This document shows, piece by piece, positions 9,978 to 23,287 of a stretch of 64,000 bases of DNA. Each line of letters opens with the position of its first letter. Position 1 is the first letter of the stretch. Position numbers and translations under genes: made by a program. The DNA lies in assembly GCA_964344305.1 (NCBI GenBank), contig CAYFMT010000010.1, forward strand, positions 481 to 64,480, written 5' to 3'. The notes under the pieces were generated by a model. The model was not told the DNA's origin, ran no database searches, and saw only the letters and a list, made by a program, of their open reading frames with translations. Source of the DNA: an uncultured bacterium (GTDB lineage: Bacteria > Fidelibacterota > Marinisomatia > Marinisomatales > JABMOV01).

Positions 9978-11214
9978 GATTTCTATGGATCACATCCGTG
10001 GCAGCATAGCTGGATTTTAGAAAGGCATTGGTATCATCTAACAGGAACTTCATTTGTGTATAGAAATCTTCAGCCGTTTCAATGGCAAACCCACCACCAT
10101 GGTTGAGTAATTCTTGAGCTTCGTGTGAATTCTGGTTTTTGGGACCAAAAAGGACAGGCAAACGTGCAATGGCCGGCTCCATCACATTGTGAATACCTGT
10201 AGAAAATCCGCCACCGATATATGCAATTTGCCCTTGCCAGTACAGTTTGGATAAAACACCCACTACTCCAACAATGACCACCCTGTTATTTGGGATAGTC
10301 CTGGCTCTTCTTGATCGAAATACAGTGGGCTCAAATCCGGCTTCGGTAAATATCGATTGGCTTTCTGAAATATATTTTTCCGTTGGTTCATGTGGTACCC
10401 AGCATACCTTTAAATCAGGGTATTCTTTTAATAATCGAATCATGGACTCAATAATCACATCCTGGTCTTCTGGCCATACACTGCCAACCACCAGCCTCCT
10501 GTGCCTCAATAGGACAGAAATGGTGCGTTTTTGAGTAAACTCATCTGCCAGTTTTTTTACCTCATCGTACCGAGGATTTCCCAGTGCCCTGATAGTAGGT
10601 CCATGATGAGGTCGAACGATACGCTGGAGCTGAAGGTAATCATCACTGTTTATTGTATAGATTGAACTGATAGACTCGTAAACAGTTCTGTAGAACAGTC
10701 GAACCACCGGTTTCAATTTGCTTGTCCCTGTCACAAAATGTGCTGCATACAGTGTTGTTGGAATTTTCCTGTAATGTGCTGTCCAAATCAGGTTAGGCCA
10801 GATATCATAGGCAGCGAACATGATTTTTCTTGGGTTTGCAATTTTGACCATACGGCGGACCGACCATATAAAATCAAATGGGATATATACTTTCAGGTCG
10901 ATGTGATCATCTTCAACATTTTTGTATCCCGAGGGTGAAAAAAAGCTGGCTATGATGGTAGCATTTGGTTCAACTTCCTTTAATCCGGCAATAACCTGTC
11001 TTGATTGTAAATACTCACCATGTGATGCGGCATGGAACCAGTATACAAGATCATTGTTATGGTTTTCAAAATATGATTTTAACCGATTGATAGTCTGGAA
11101 TTTTCCCTGGATACCCTCCCTGAGTTTTTTGTGAAACATAGACAAAATCAGTGATACAATAAACATACCAGGGTACAGGATTAAATTATACAGGAAAATA
11201 AATATCAGTTTCAT
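9934..11214 (-). CDS. waaA: 3-deoxy-D-manno-octulosonic acid (Kdo) transferase
   Basis: N-terminal TM anchor, the family motif WFHAASHGE, and a length of 426 aa. It sits next to a GT9 gene. Confidence 0.85.
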   Translation of the reverse strand: MKLIFIFLYNLILYPGMFIVSLILSMFHKKLREGIQGKFQTINRLKSYFENHNNDLVYWFHAASHGEYLQSRQVIAGLKEVEPNATIIASFFSPSGYKNVEDDHIDLKVYIPFDFIWSVRRMVKIANPRKIMFAAYDIWPNLIWTAHYRKIPTTLYAAHFVTGTSKLKPVVRLFYRTVYESISSIYTINSDDYLQLQRIVRPHHGPTIRALGNPRYDEVKKLADEFTQKRTISVLLRHRRLVVGSVWPEDQDVIIESMIRLLKEYPDLKVCWVPHEPTEKYISESQSIFTEAGFEPTVFRSRRARTIPNNRVVIVGVVGVLSKLYWQGQIAYIGGGFSTGIHNVMEPAIARLPVLFGPKNQNSHEAQELLNHGGGFAIETAEDFYTQMKFLLDDTNAFLKSSYAATDVIHRNLGSSTRVVRGILRD

Positions 11215-12221
11215 GGCTGAAGCATTCGCTGATAAGCGTTAAAAACATCATCCACCGATATGGTATCAAGGCAAACGCGAGAGGATCGATAACAATCACG
11301 TTTTCCATTTTGTGAGCAGGGTCGGCACCATACATTCCTGTTTTCTATGTCGATGGATTTTTCCAGCTGCGATCCAGCACCCATTTCCCTTGTGGTGGGT
11401 CCCAGAAGTGTAATGACTGGAATTCCATACGCTTCCGCTGCATGGATCATGCCTGTATCAGACCCAATACACATTTCGCTTTGTGATATGACCATAAATG
11501 AATCACGGATTTCGCATTCACCTTTCAGATTGAATATCCGGTAATTCTTAAAACCGATATCATCGCATATCTTATCCTTTTTTCCCCCAAGTAATACCAC
11601 ACTATGACCTGCCTTCATTATCCGTTCACACAGTTCGAGATATTTCCTGGCGTCCCATTGTTTGTTTTTCCATGCTGCACCCGGCACAATGGCCACAAAT
11701 GGCAGCTTGACGCGAAACTGCTTAACCATAAACCGTGCGTTCCGAGCTTCCGGTGGACGGAATGACAGCATGGTATCCGGGTAAGGTTCACTTGCAGGGA
11801 TGAGTGACCTGAAAGAGTCATGGAGCATTTTTTTATATGAATACTTCTCAGGGAATGTATTCTTATGAAGATATTTCAGAAAAAATCGATGCAGACGGGG
11901 TTTCCTTACGATGAATGTTTTCTCTGCATGGATGGCCTGCCGAACAATTTTTGATCGGAGAGAATTATGAAGGTCGAAGATGTATGTATAATTGTTTCTG
12001 TCGAGATTTCGGCCAAATTTTAAAATGGATCTGATTTCAGGATATCGTTTCATGTTATAGATATTGTTGATATCCGGCTGGGCAACCAGAATATCCCTGT
12101 ACATATAGAGGGTGAGAAAATCGATTGTAGCGTCAGGAAAAGTATTTCGTATCGTAGCAAGTGGTGACGTGCACTGTACGATGTCTCCGATAGAACTGAA
12201 TCTGATAATGAGTATCCGCAA
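11211..12221 (-). CDS. glycosyltransferase family 9 (LPS heptosyltransferase-like)
   Basis: MRILIIRFSSIGDIV N-terminus and GSDTGMIHAAEAYGIPVITLLGPT C-terminal motif typical of GT9. There is a 4-nt overlap with waaA. Confidence 0.8.
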   Translation of the reverse strand: MRILIIRFSSIGDIVQCTSPLATIRNTFPDATIDFLTLYMYRDILVAQPDINNIYNMKRYPEIRSILKFGRNLDRNNYTYIFDLHNSLRSKIVRQAIHAEKTFIVRKPRLHRFFLKYLHKNTFPEKYSYKKMLHDSFRSLIPASEPYPDTMLSFRPPEARNARFMVKQFRVKLPFVAIVPGAAWKNKQWDARKYLELCERIMKAGHSVVLLGGKKDKICDDIGFKNYRIFNLKGECEIRDSFMVISQSEMCIGSDTGMIHAAEAYGIPVITLLGPTTREMGAGSQLEKSIDIENRNVWCRPCSQNGKRDCYRSSRVCLDTISVDDVFNAYQRMLQP

Positions 12222-12226
12222 TAAAC

Positions 12227-13216
12227 CTACTTTATTCTTTCGGCATTATAGGCAATGAGGTTCATCATGGATTGCTTGTAGGGAGAATCATTATACCCTT
12301 TCAGTGCATCAAGGGCTTGAGTAGAATAATCACCAAGTTTTTTCCTGGCATAGTCAAATCCTCCAGCCTCCTGAATCAGCTGTGATAATTCTGCAAGGTC
12401 CTCCTTGTTTTTCTTTCTTTTCCTCATAATGGAAAGAATCCGACGTCTTTTCGTCCTTTTTAGTTGATCCAGACTGTGAATAACTGGTAGCGTCATCATG
12501 TTCTTTTTTACATCTGTACCATGATCTTTCCCTGTTTCATTTTCCGATCCAAGCAAATCAAATAAATCATCCTTTATCTGAAATGCAATCCCCAGGTTAT
12601 CCCCAAATTGCTTCATGGCTTTTCTATCCTGGTCCAGTTGAGATGTGGTAATGGCTCCCAACTCACAGCTTGCACCAATAAGTGAAGCAGTCTTCTGATA
12701 AATCATATCATAATAAACGTCTTCGGTCATAGATTTTTTAAACACTTTTTCAATTTGAAGAATTTCACCTGCACTTAAATGTTCAGCGGTTTTGGAAATA
12801 ACATCCAATGCTTCGAAATCCTTCAGCTGAATCATGTTGATAAGTGATTTACTCAGGATAAAATCACCCATTAAAACCGATAGTTTATTCTTCCAGACCT
12901 GGTTAATAGATGGCCAGTTGCGTCTAAGTGTTGCATCATCCACAACATCATCATGGATCAGGGTTGCAACGTGAAGCATTTCTATCATGGCTGCGGCTCG
13001 ATAACTATTTTCAGTTGGCTCGCCACAAACTCGAGATGACAATAGGGTCAAAATGGGTCGAAAATGCTTTCCTTTATGCTTCAGGATATATTTACCAATG
13101 GTATTAATCAATCGAACGCTGGATTGCATGGACGATTCCAGTTCAGTCTGGAATATAGAAATATCCTCCTGAATGGGTTCAATAATTGTTTTTAATGTTA
13201 TTACAGACGAAGCCAT
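12227..13216 (-). CDS. polyprenyl diphosphate synthase (trans-IPPS, long-chain type likely)
   Basis: First Asp-rich motif LIHDDVVDD and second Asp-rich motif KDDLFD. Length is 329 aa. Chain length cannot be read from the sequence. Confidence 0.9.
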   Translation of the reverse strand: MASSVITLKTIIEPIQEDISIFQTELESSMQSSVRLINTIGKYILKHKGKHFRPILTLLSSRVCGEPTENSYRAAAMIEMLHVATLIHDDVVDDATLRRNWPSINQVWKNKLSVLMGDFILSKSLINMIQLKDFEALDVISKTAEHLSAGEILQIEKVFKKSMTEDVYYDMIYQKTASLIGASCELGAITTSQLDQDRKAMKQFGDNLGIAFQIKDDLFDLLGSENETGKDHGTDVKKNMMTLPVIHSLDQLKRTKRRRILSIMRKRKKNKEDLAELSQLIQEAGGFDYARKKLGDYSTQALDALKGYNDSPYKQSMMNLIAYNAERIK

Positions 13217-13225
13217 TACTAAAAA

Positions 13226-13981
13226 TTAGGTGGATGCAGATGGAGCTTCAACGGGGGATTTTCTCCTGGCGACAGACCATGATACTAAAATACTTATTTC
13301 ATATAAAATCATTAATGGAATTGACATGATAACCAGGCTTACCGGATCCGGAGGAGTAATAATGGCTGAAAGAATCATGATAGATACAATGGCATGTCGT
13401 CGGAATTTTCTCATAAGTGCCGGTGTAAGCAATCCAAAGGATGACAGGACAAATGACACGACAGGCAGTTCAAAGATCATCCCTGTTCCTACCATTACCC
13501 AGCTCACAAAGCTCAAGTAATAATTGATGGAAACATTGTTTTCAACGGTCCCATATCCCAGGGATGCAAAAAAGTTCAAGGAAAAGGGTATAATCACAAT
13601 GTAGGCGAAGAATACGCCACAAAGGAATGACAGAAACGTGGTAAAAATCAATGGAACGATGTATTTCTTTTCTTTACCATACAACCCTGGTGCAACAAAT
13701 CTCCAAATCTGATAAGTCAGGACTGGAATGGCAAGAATCCCACCTCCAATCAATGCAAGGCCCCACCTGACCATGAACATGCCCTGTACGGTTAAAACCT
13801 GAAGGTTCATCTGTGTACCAACCTTGTCAGTAGGTGCGATTAACAGGGCAATAATTTCATCAATGAAAATAAATGTAATGGCTGCACCAATTAGAATAGA
13901 CAGAATACTCTTTACCAACCTCCATCTCAATTCCTCCAAATGCTGAAGGAAGGACATGTCATCCTGTTGATTGTTAGCCAT
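13226..13981 (-). CDS. tatC: twin-arginine translocase subunit TatC
   Basis: SFLQHLEELRWRLVKS N-terminus, six TM segments, 251 aa. Confidence 0.9.
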   Translation of the reverse strand: MANNQQDDMSFLQHLEELRWRLVKSILSILIGAAITFIFIDEIIALLIAPTDKVGTQMNLQVLTVQGMFMVRWGLALIGGGILAIPVLTYQIWRFVAPGLYGKEKKYIVPLIFTTFLSFLCGVFFAYIVIIPFSLNFFASLGYGTVENNVSINYYLSFVSWVMVGTGMIFELPVVSFVLSSFGLLTPALMRKFRRHAIVSIMILSAIITPPDPVSLVIMSIPLMILYEISILVSWSVARRKSPVEAPSAST

Positions 13982-14918
13982 TGGTCCCAGTATCTAAGAG
14001 AGAGTTGGCTATTTTATATGGCGATTCTTTAACCGATTCGATATGTCTTGTTTTTTCTTCAAGTGCCCGCATTTTATCGGATGTCCAGAATTCTTTCAAT
14101 AACCGATCACTGATCAATCCCAATACACGATCCCTGTGTCTTGATGTGGCTTTTTCATCCATCTTTCCAATCTGATCCAACCGTTCCATATGATTGAATA
14201 TCTCATTTTTAAATTCCACCAACCCTTCTCCCTTGGAAGCCACCGTATTCAAAACTGGAGGGGAGATATCATCTTCTTTCATAAAAGAGTGAAGCATATT
14301 TCGTAATACTGAAGCAAGACGACCGGCTCCTTCCCTGTCTGATTTATTGATCACAAACATATCAGCAATTTCAATAAGCCCTGCCTTCATGAGCTGGATT
14401 TCATCACCAGATTCAGGTACAAGTACCACCACGGTAAGGTCAACCGCTTTCGCCACATCGTGTTCACCCTGTCCAACACCAACTGTTTCAAATATCACCA
14501 CATCCTTGCCACTGGCAGCAAGAACATCACCTACATCCTGGGCTTTTTTTGCCAGTCCACCAAGATCTCCGTGAGAACCCATGCTTCGTATAAATACGTC
14601 ATCATTCCAGACAAAACGATTCATACGAACACGATCCCCCAACAGAGCGCCACCTGAAAAGGGACTGGTAGGATCCACGGCAATAACACCGACAGATTTA
14701 CCATCCTGTAATAATAAATCGACTAATTGATCTACAAGGGTACTTTTTCCGGCTCCAGGAGGACCGGTAATCCCAATTCGCAAAGCCCTCTGTGTATGAG
14801 CATGCAGTTCAATAAGCAAGTCATCAGTAACAGAGTCTCCAAACTCTATTTGACTGATAAACCTGGAAAGGACACGGTGATCATTCTCCAGAATGCCTTT
14901 CAGGACGGATGAGGTCAT
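13974..14918 (-). CDS. meaB: MeaB/ArgK-family G3E GTPase (metallochaperone)
   Basis: GITGPPGAGKSTLV, ETVGVGQ and NKSD motifs. No mutase gene is in the window. Confidence 0.85.
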   Translation of the reverse strand: MTSSVLKGILENDHRVLSRFISQIEFGDSVTDDLLIELHAHTQRALRIGITGPPGAGKSTLVDQLVDLLLQDGKSVGVIAVDPTSPFSGGALLGDRVRMNRFVWNDDVFIRSMGSHGDLGGLAKKAQDVGDVLAASGKDVVIFETVGVGQGEHDVAKAVDLTVVVLVPESGDEIQLMKAGLIEIADMFVINKSDREGAGRLASVLRNMLHSFMKEDDISPPVLNTVASKGEGLVEFKNEIFNHMERLDQIGKMDEKATSRHRDRVLGLISDRLLKEFWTSDKMRALEEKTRHIESVKESPYKIANSLLDTGTNG

Positions 14919-14935
14919 TTTTTCGTAAGAAACGG

Positions 14936-15616
14936 TTAAGTGAATTGCTGCTTAAATAGAGCAAAATCCTTTATAATCAAAGCTTTTCCATCACGATCAA
15001 TGTAACCCTTTTCCGTTAATAATTTTAACATACGGGATACAGTCTCTCTGGATGTACCGGCCATATTGGCAATGTCCTGTTGGTAAGGCAAATTCCTGAT
15101 GGTGACAGCACCACTCTTAATGGTTCCCAGCTCCTCCGCCAGTCGAATGAGGGTAATGGATATTCTTTGTTCGGCATCACTAAGTGACAGGCTTTCTATT
15201 TGTTGATCACTTCGACGAAGTCTCTGTGTGAGTTCCTCAAGTAGATGGATGGCTATTCGAGGATGATTCTCCAGAATGGCTAGAAACTCGCCCCGCTTGA
15301 TGGTGAGTGCCTCGGAATCTTCAATGGCCACAATGTTGGCTGACCTGCCTTCACCATCAAGGAGAGACATTTCTCCAAAAAAATCTCCTTCACCCAGCAT
15401 GGCAAGAATGACTTCCCTGCCATCATCACTCATGCGTGTGACTTTTACTGCTCCTTTGGCAAGAACAAAAAAAGTTTCACCTGAGCTCTCCTCCATCAGA
15501 ATCATCTGTCCTTTTGAATAGGAACGGATGATCATCTGATCTGCGATTTTATTCAGAGAGCTTTCACTTAAATCACCGAACAGTGGTACAGATTGTAGAA
15601 GTTCTATTTTACTCAT
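14936..15616 (-). CDS. Crp/Fnr-family transcriptional regulator
   Basis: cNMP-binding fold (FFGEMSLLDGEGRSA) and a C-terminal HTH (SRETVSRMLKLL). ATG 15616 (MSKIELLQSVPLF) is preferred over the TTG at 15649 used by the track. Confidence 0.85.
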   Translation of the reverse strand: MSKIELLQSVPLFGDLSESSLNKIADQMIIRSYSKGQMILMEESSGETFFVLAKGAVKVTRMSDDGREVILAMLGEGDFFGEMSLLDGEGRSANIVAIEDSEALTIKRGEFLAILENHPRIAIHLLEELTQRLRRSDQQIESLSLSDAEQRISITLIRLAEELGTIKSGAVTIRNLPYQQDIANMAGTSRETVSRMLKLLTEKGYIDRDGKALIIKDFALFKQQFT

Positions 15617-15784
15617 ACTTAAAAATAACAGTTTTCCTTCTATTTTCAAATTCTAAAAATGAATCGTTTATGGTCATAAGGTTGACTGACACCATCCGCT
15701 ATGAGAAATGACTATCTTTATCCGTTGTATTCGCTAAAACATTGAAATAATTTTCGCGGCTAAAAACGAAGGAATTTTATATCA

Positions 15785-16039
15785 ATGGATAGACATCCAC
15801 AACAAATTAAACGTGAGCGTCAGGATAAAAAGCGCCGTGAACGGAATGTAAAAAACCTGTCCAGGTTAAATACGCTTATGAAAACCGTGCTGAATGCTAA
15901 AAAAGCTGATGAAGCTGAAAAACCCTACCGCGATGCCGTTAGCTTTGTGGACAAGATGGCCAGTGCCAATCTTATTCATAAAAATAACGCTGCCAGGAAG
16001 AAAGCTCAGCTAACCCGGCACGTCAACTCTCTGTCTTAG
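15785..16039 (+). CDS. rpsT: 30S ribosomal protein S20
   Basis: 84 aa and very basic. QIKRERQDKKRRERNVKNLSRLNTLMK matches the S20 N-terminal pattern. It is the only plus-strand gene in the first 34 kb. Confidence 0.9.
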   Translation: MDRHPQQIKRERQDKKRRERNVKNLSRLNTLMKTVLNAKKADEAEKPYRDAVSFVDKMASANLIHKNNAARKKAQLTRHVNSLS

Positions 16040-16040
16040 A

Positions 16041-19044
<3,004 letters not shown>

Positions 19045-19114
19045 TTAGAAAACAATATCGAGTTGAAGAGATTTCGACTGATATTACAGTCAAATGGATC
19101 ACATGTCAGGTAGT

Positions 19115-21937
19115 TTAGTACTCCAACTCATCTACATGACCAAAAACAGTAAATGGAACGGGTATAGCTTCCCGAAAATGCTGACCATACCTCTTTGTAA
19201 TTATCCTCTCATCCAGTACGATAAAAATCCCCTCATCCGAGGTGGTTCTAATCAAGCGACCAAATCCCTGTCGAAACTTCATGATGCACTCTGGAATGGA
19301 GAATTCAAGAAAGCTATTGCCTCCTTCATCCTTTATGGAATCAGCGTAGGCCTTGATGATGGGTTCCGTGGGCACATCAAATGGCAGTTTTGTGATGATG
19401 AGGATTTCCAGTAGATCCCCCGGAAGGTCTACCCCCTCCCAGAATGAATTCGTACCAAGGAGAATCCCATTTTCAACAGAAGACATCCCCTTTATCAATG
19501 CGTATCGTGACGAACCAAACCCCTGGGCAAAAAGCGGAATATCCTCGCCACCTTTCTTCTGTCTCAACTCATGATACACAGCATTTAATGTGGCATGTGC
19601 CGTAAATAGCGCCATGATCCTTTTCCCGTATCGCTTGTAGCTGGTATAAATAACCGATGCAATGGCTGCAGGGTCTGTGGTAATGGATTTCCCACCACCA
19701 AACTGGTAATACTTCACCTGGTCAGCGTAAAAGAATGGACTCCTAAAGGTTGTGGATGTTACTTTATGAGAAATGGATCCGTCCAATCCTGCTCTTTTTT
19801 TAAAATACCGGAAGGATTCATCCACCTGCAATGTTGCGGACGTAATGATACCATATTCCAGGGGTTCGAAAAACTCAGACCTCAACGTTTCAGAGACGTT
19901 CACCGGAGCCGCATTCAATGTAATCTCGAGAGTCGGTTGAGTAGAAGATCTGGAGTAATACCGTCCTTCCTGCCAGTAGACCCAATCGTCATTCTGTTGC
20001 TCAGTGAGCTGTTGAGCCGCAAGATGAAGACCGGAAAGCTGATCGATATTCTTTTCCAGTGACAACAGTAACTCTGCATAATCCGTTTCATGGGAATCCA
20101 TTTCCAGAATAGCAGAATGAATCTTTCCAAACACAGTTTTAAGTGCATTGATTTCCTTTAAGAATGAACCCAACTCGCCATATACCTGTCCGTATTCTTC
20201 TGTGAGATTCTCTGTAATATGCTTCTTGGTATAGGCATCATTTGGATTATATCGATCAAAAAAGGTGGCTGCCATAGCTCCAAAAAGTGTATCTGCCTCT
20301 ACCAGACATCGCGCAGCAGCCTGATATAGTGTATCCTTCATTTTGGCCATATCTGCATTCATCTTTGCAAGAAATTCGATGGTATTCATCCATCGAAAAT
20401 TCAATGCCTGGGTCGGGTCCGCATCCCTCAACGTGTTTTGGGTTGAATATTTATCGAAACTCATAGTTAACTGCTGATAGGCTGCATGAACAAGATTGTG
20501 ACCCTCGTCGATGAGAACGGTATTGTATTCAGGCAGATACCCTGACATACTCATTTCTGTCAACAACAGCGAATGATTTACAATGATCACCTGGGCGTTG
20601 TAAACAGCCTGACGGAGTTTTCCAAAATAGCAACCATGATGTTTCTGGCATAAATTCGTCGTACAGTAGCCTGGTTCACTGGTGATCATGGATGTTACCC
20701 GACTGGGCTTCGCACTCCAGAATCCACCACACTCAGATAGATCACCTGTCTGGGTAAAATTCAACCACACCAGCACTGGAAGCAGGGATTCCACTTCTCG
20801 TGCTGAAAGCATCCTTTTTGCATCGGAAATCAGTGAATATAGACGGGTTTTGCAGATATAATTTCGACGACCTTTCAAGACAACAGCCTGTACCGAGATA
20901 TCTGCCGTATCTGCAATCAATGGCAGATCCTTGTAAAACAATTGATCCTGGAGGTGTTTTGTGTAACAGGAAATGATAACAGGACCATCATCGGGGTTCA
21001 GGCTTGCTTTTTTTAGCGCAGGAAACAAGTATGCCATGGATTTTCCAAGACCCGTACCTGCTTCTATGATTCCAATAGCGGAAGAACCGGTGATGGTATC
21101 CTCTACGAATTGTGAATATCTGGTCTGATCCTGACGTTCTTCATACTTCTCCATGGACTGAGACAGCATACCGTTCTTACCAAACACATCTCTGGCGGAT
21201 GCACCTGCAATGTCCTGATTACCATCTCTTACATAGATATTGGAGATGGATTGCTTTGCTTTGGAAGAATCACCCAGCGATCCTTTGGCAATCCCCTTTC
21301 GGGCATAGAGACCAGCCAATCGCTCAAAGAGCAACTTGTTAGGAAGAGAAAATGGCTCCATAACCTGAACAATAGATGACAGCGTGGTCAGAGGTAAACT
21401 GATGGATTCATTCATGAGCCGGGTAAAAACCAGTCCGCAATTTTCCGCATCCTTCCGTGCCCTATGAGATCCGGATGAATCCAACCCAAAAATGTCTGCT
21501 GTGGTACCCAGATTAAAGGCAGGATTGTCGTACATTAGGGATCGTGCAAGTGGCAAGGTATCGTACAACTCATGCTCGGATTCAACCTTCTCATGTCGAC
21601 CCCATAAAGCTCGTAAAAAACCAATATCAAAACTGATGTTGTGTGCCACCAACGGATCGTTCCCAAGAAAGTCGTGAAATTCATGAACGATATCTTCCTC
21701 AACTGGAGAATCCTTTACCATGTCATTGGAAATTCCCGTTATCTCAGTAATAAAATTGGAAATGGTTTTTTGCGGATTAACCAGCGTCACAAATTCATCT
21801 ACTACTTCACCATTTTCAAACCGAAGTGCGGCAATTTCGATGATTCTATCCTGAACCGGATCCAGACCGGTGGTCTCGAAATCAAATGCAATAAATGTGG
21901 ATAATTTTACTTCATGTAATATTTTAGATATTTCCAT
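19115..21937 (-). CDS. dinG: DinG-family helicase with N-terminal DnaQ-like 3'-5' exonuclease domain
   Basis: Exo motifs FDFETTGLDP, AHNISFDIGFL and HRARKDAENC. Helicase motifs EAGTGLGKS and DEGHNL. A Cys cluster C..C-x4-C-x5-C (YCTTNLCQKHHGC) is also present. Confidence 0.85.
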   Translation of the reverse strand: MEISKILHEVKLSTFIAFDFETTGLDPVQDRIIEIAALRFENGEVVDEFVTLVNPQKTISNFITEITGISNDMVKDSPVEEDIVHEFHDFLGNDPLVAHNISFDIGFLRALWGRHEKVESEHELYDTLPLARSLMYDNPAFNLGTTADIFGLDSSGSHRARKDAENCGLVFTRLMNESISLPLTTLSSIVQVMEPFSLPNKLLFERLAGLYARKGIAKGSLGDSSKAKQSISNIYVRDGNQDIAGASARDVFGKNGMLSQSMEKYEERQDQTRYSQFVEDTITGSSAIGIIEAGTGLGKSMAYLFPALKKASLNPDDGPVIISCYTKHLQDQLFYKDLPLIADTADISVQAVVLKGRRNYICKTRLYSLISDAKRMLSAREVESLLPVLVWLNFTQTGDLSECGGFWSAKPSRVTSMITSEPGYCTTNLCQKHHGCYFGKLRQAVYNAQVIIVNHSLLLTEMSMSGYLPEYNTVLIDEGHNLVHAAYQQLTMSFDKYSTQNTLRDADPTQALNFRWMNTIEFLAKMNADMAKMKDTLYQAAARCLVEADTLFGAMAATFFDRYNPNDAYTKKHITENLTEEYGQVYGELGSFLKEINALKTVFGKIHSAILEMDSHETDYAELLLSLEKNIDQLSGLHLAAQQLTEQQNDDWVYWQEGRYYSRSSTQPTLEITLNAAPVNVSETLRSEFFEPLEYGIITSATLQVDESFRYFKKRAGLDGSISHKVTSTTFRSPFFYADQVKYYQFGGGKSITTDPAAIASVIYTSYKRYGKRIMALFTAHATLNAVYHELRQKKGGEDIPLFAQGFGSSRYALIKGMSSVENGILLGTNSFWEGVDLPGDLLEILIITKLPFDVPTEPIIKAYADSIKDEGGNSFLEFSIPECIMKFRQGFGRLIRTTSDEGIFIVLDERIITKRYGQHFREAIPVPFTVFGHVDELEY

Positions 21938-23124
21938 TATATTCCTGTAAATGCGCGAGCTACATCCACAAGTAATGTGGGTTTTTTGCTCACTGCTGTA
22001 GAAAACAATTTGAAGAGGCTTCTATCGGATTCCGGTACCTTTAACAATGCATCTGCAATGTTGTTGAGGTCGTGATCCGAGAATTTATAAATAGCCTCCT
22101 TTATACGATATAGGCGTTCATGGTTTTTACCGCCAATTTTATACCAGGCCTGATTGTAAGGTTTTAAATTAGAAACAGTGGGCGCTTTCCCTGCCTTCAG
22201 CACTTTAGCAGCTGTTTCAGCTGCAAGGAGCCCGCTTCTCATTCCTGCTACAATGCCACCACCGGTCACAGGGTTCACCATTCGTGCTGCATCCCCTACC
22301 AACATAAGCCCATCTGCGGTGATACTCTTCAGGGTTTTTCCAACGGGAATTCCACCTGCTACCGTTGTAAGAACAGATGCAGACGGGTAGAACTCATCCA
22401 TGAACTCATCAAGGTATTTTAATGCGGATTTACCCTGTTTTGCAAAGGTGCCAGAAATACCCAGACCGATGTTTGCCATGTGCTTTCCTTTGGGAAACAC
22501 CCATAAATACCCACCGGGGGCCCAAAAACTTGATAAATAGAAATCGATCCTGTCTTCTTCGACGTCTACACCAGATACGGTTTTCTGTATCCCAGATTCC
22601 ACATCTTTCAACTTCAAATTCGTGGATAGTCCAGCCCATCGCCCGATGCGGCTTTCAACACCATCGGCGCCAACAACAAGTTTTGCCTTCAGTGAAAATT
22701 CTTCATTCAAGTACTTACCGGTCACACCAGATACAGTATCATTGTCAAAAACCAATCCTGATACATACGCTTTTGTCACTATGGTTGCCCCTGCATTTCC
22801 AGCATACTGCGCAAGGTCATAATCGAAAATGCGCCGATCAAGGATATATCCTTCTTCCTTTAGCTTGAATTCTACTTCATGTCGGTTTGGAGCTGTGAGT
22901 TTTATTTTGTCAACGGAAGAGCGAATCCAGTGTTTTTGCGGTTCGTGAAAAATACGCAACCCTGCATCACTCACAGCTTCACCACATCGGACGGGCATGC
23001 CAATGTCTCTGTCTTTCTCCAAGAGAATAACCGACAGACCTGCGTTTGCAGCATGAAGGGCAAATGTGGATCCTGCAGGCCCCCCACCTACCACAATAAT
23101 ATCGTAGGATTTAGTTTTCCACAT
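21937..23124 (-). CDS. geranylgeranyl reductase family flavoprotein
   Basis: FAD fingerprint DIIVVGGGPAGS and the GGR-type motif PVRCGEAVS. Length is 395 aa. Confidence 0.85.
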   Translation of the reverse strand: MWKTKSYDIIVVGGGPAGSTFALHAANAGLSVILLEKDRDIGMPVRCGEAVSDAGLRIFHEPQKHWIRSSVDKIKLTAPNRHEVEFKLKEEGYILDRRIFDYDLAQYAGNAGATIVTKAYVSGLVFDNDTVSGVTGKYLNEEFSLKAKLVVGADGVESRIGRWAGLSTNLKLKDVESGIQKTVSGVDVEEDRIDFYLSSFWAPGGYLWVFPKGKHMANIGLGISGTFAKQGKSALKYLDEFMDEFYPSASVLTTVAGGIPVGKTLKSITADGLMLVGDAARMVNPVTGGGIVAGMRSGLLAAETAAKVLKAGKAPTVSNLKPYNQAWYKIGGKNHERLYRIKEAIYKFSDHDLNNIADALLKVPESDRSLFKLFSTAVSKKPTLLVDVARAFTGI

Positions 23125-23287
23125 GACTCAGCACATCGATAGGACACACATAGACACAAAGATCGCAATCAATACAAATGTCATCATCTATGGTTATTTC
23201 TGCTTCTTTTAACTCAATACAATCCGGAGGACAAACACCAACACAGCATCCACAAAAATCACATTTATTCTCCTCAATAAGGATCAT
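23111..23287 (-). CDS. 2x[4Fe-4S] ferredoxin, 58 aa (absent from the ORF track, below its size cutoff)
   Basis: My translation is MILIEENKCDFCGCCVGVCPPDCIELKEAEITIDDDICIDCDLCVYVCPIDVLSHVEN, with two CxxCxxCxxxCP motifs. It has an ATGA overlap with the upstream membrane gene and a 14-nt overlap with the reductase start. Confidence 0.75.
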   Translation of the reverse strand: MILIEENKCDFCGCCVGVCPPDCIELKEAEITIDDDICIDCDLCVYVCPIDVLSHVEN

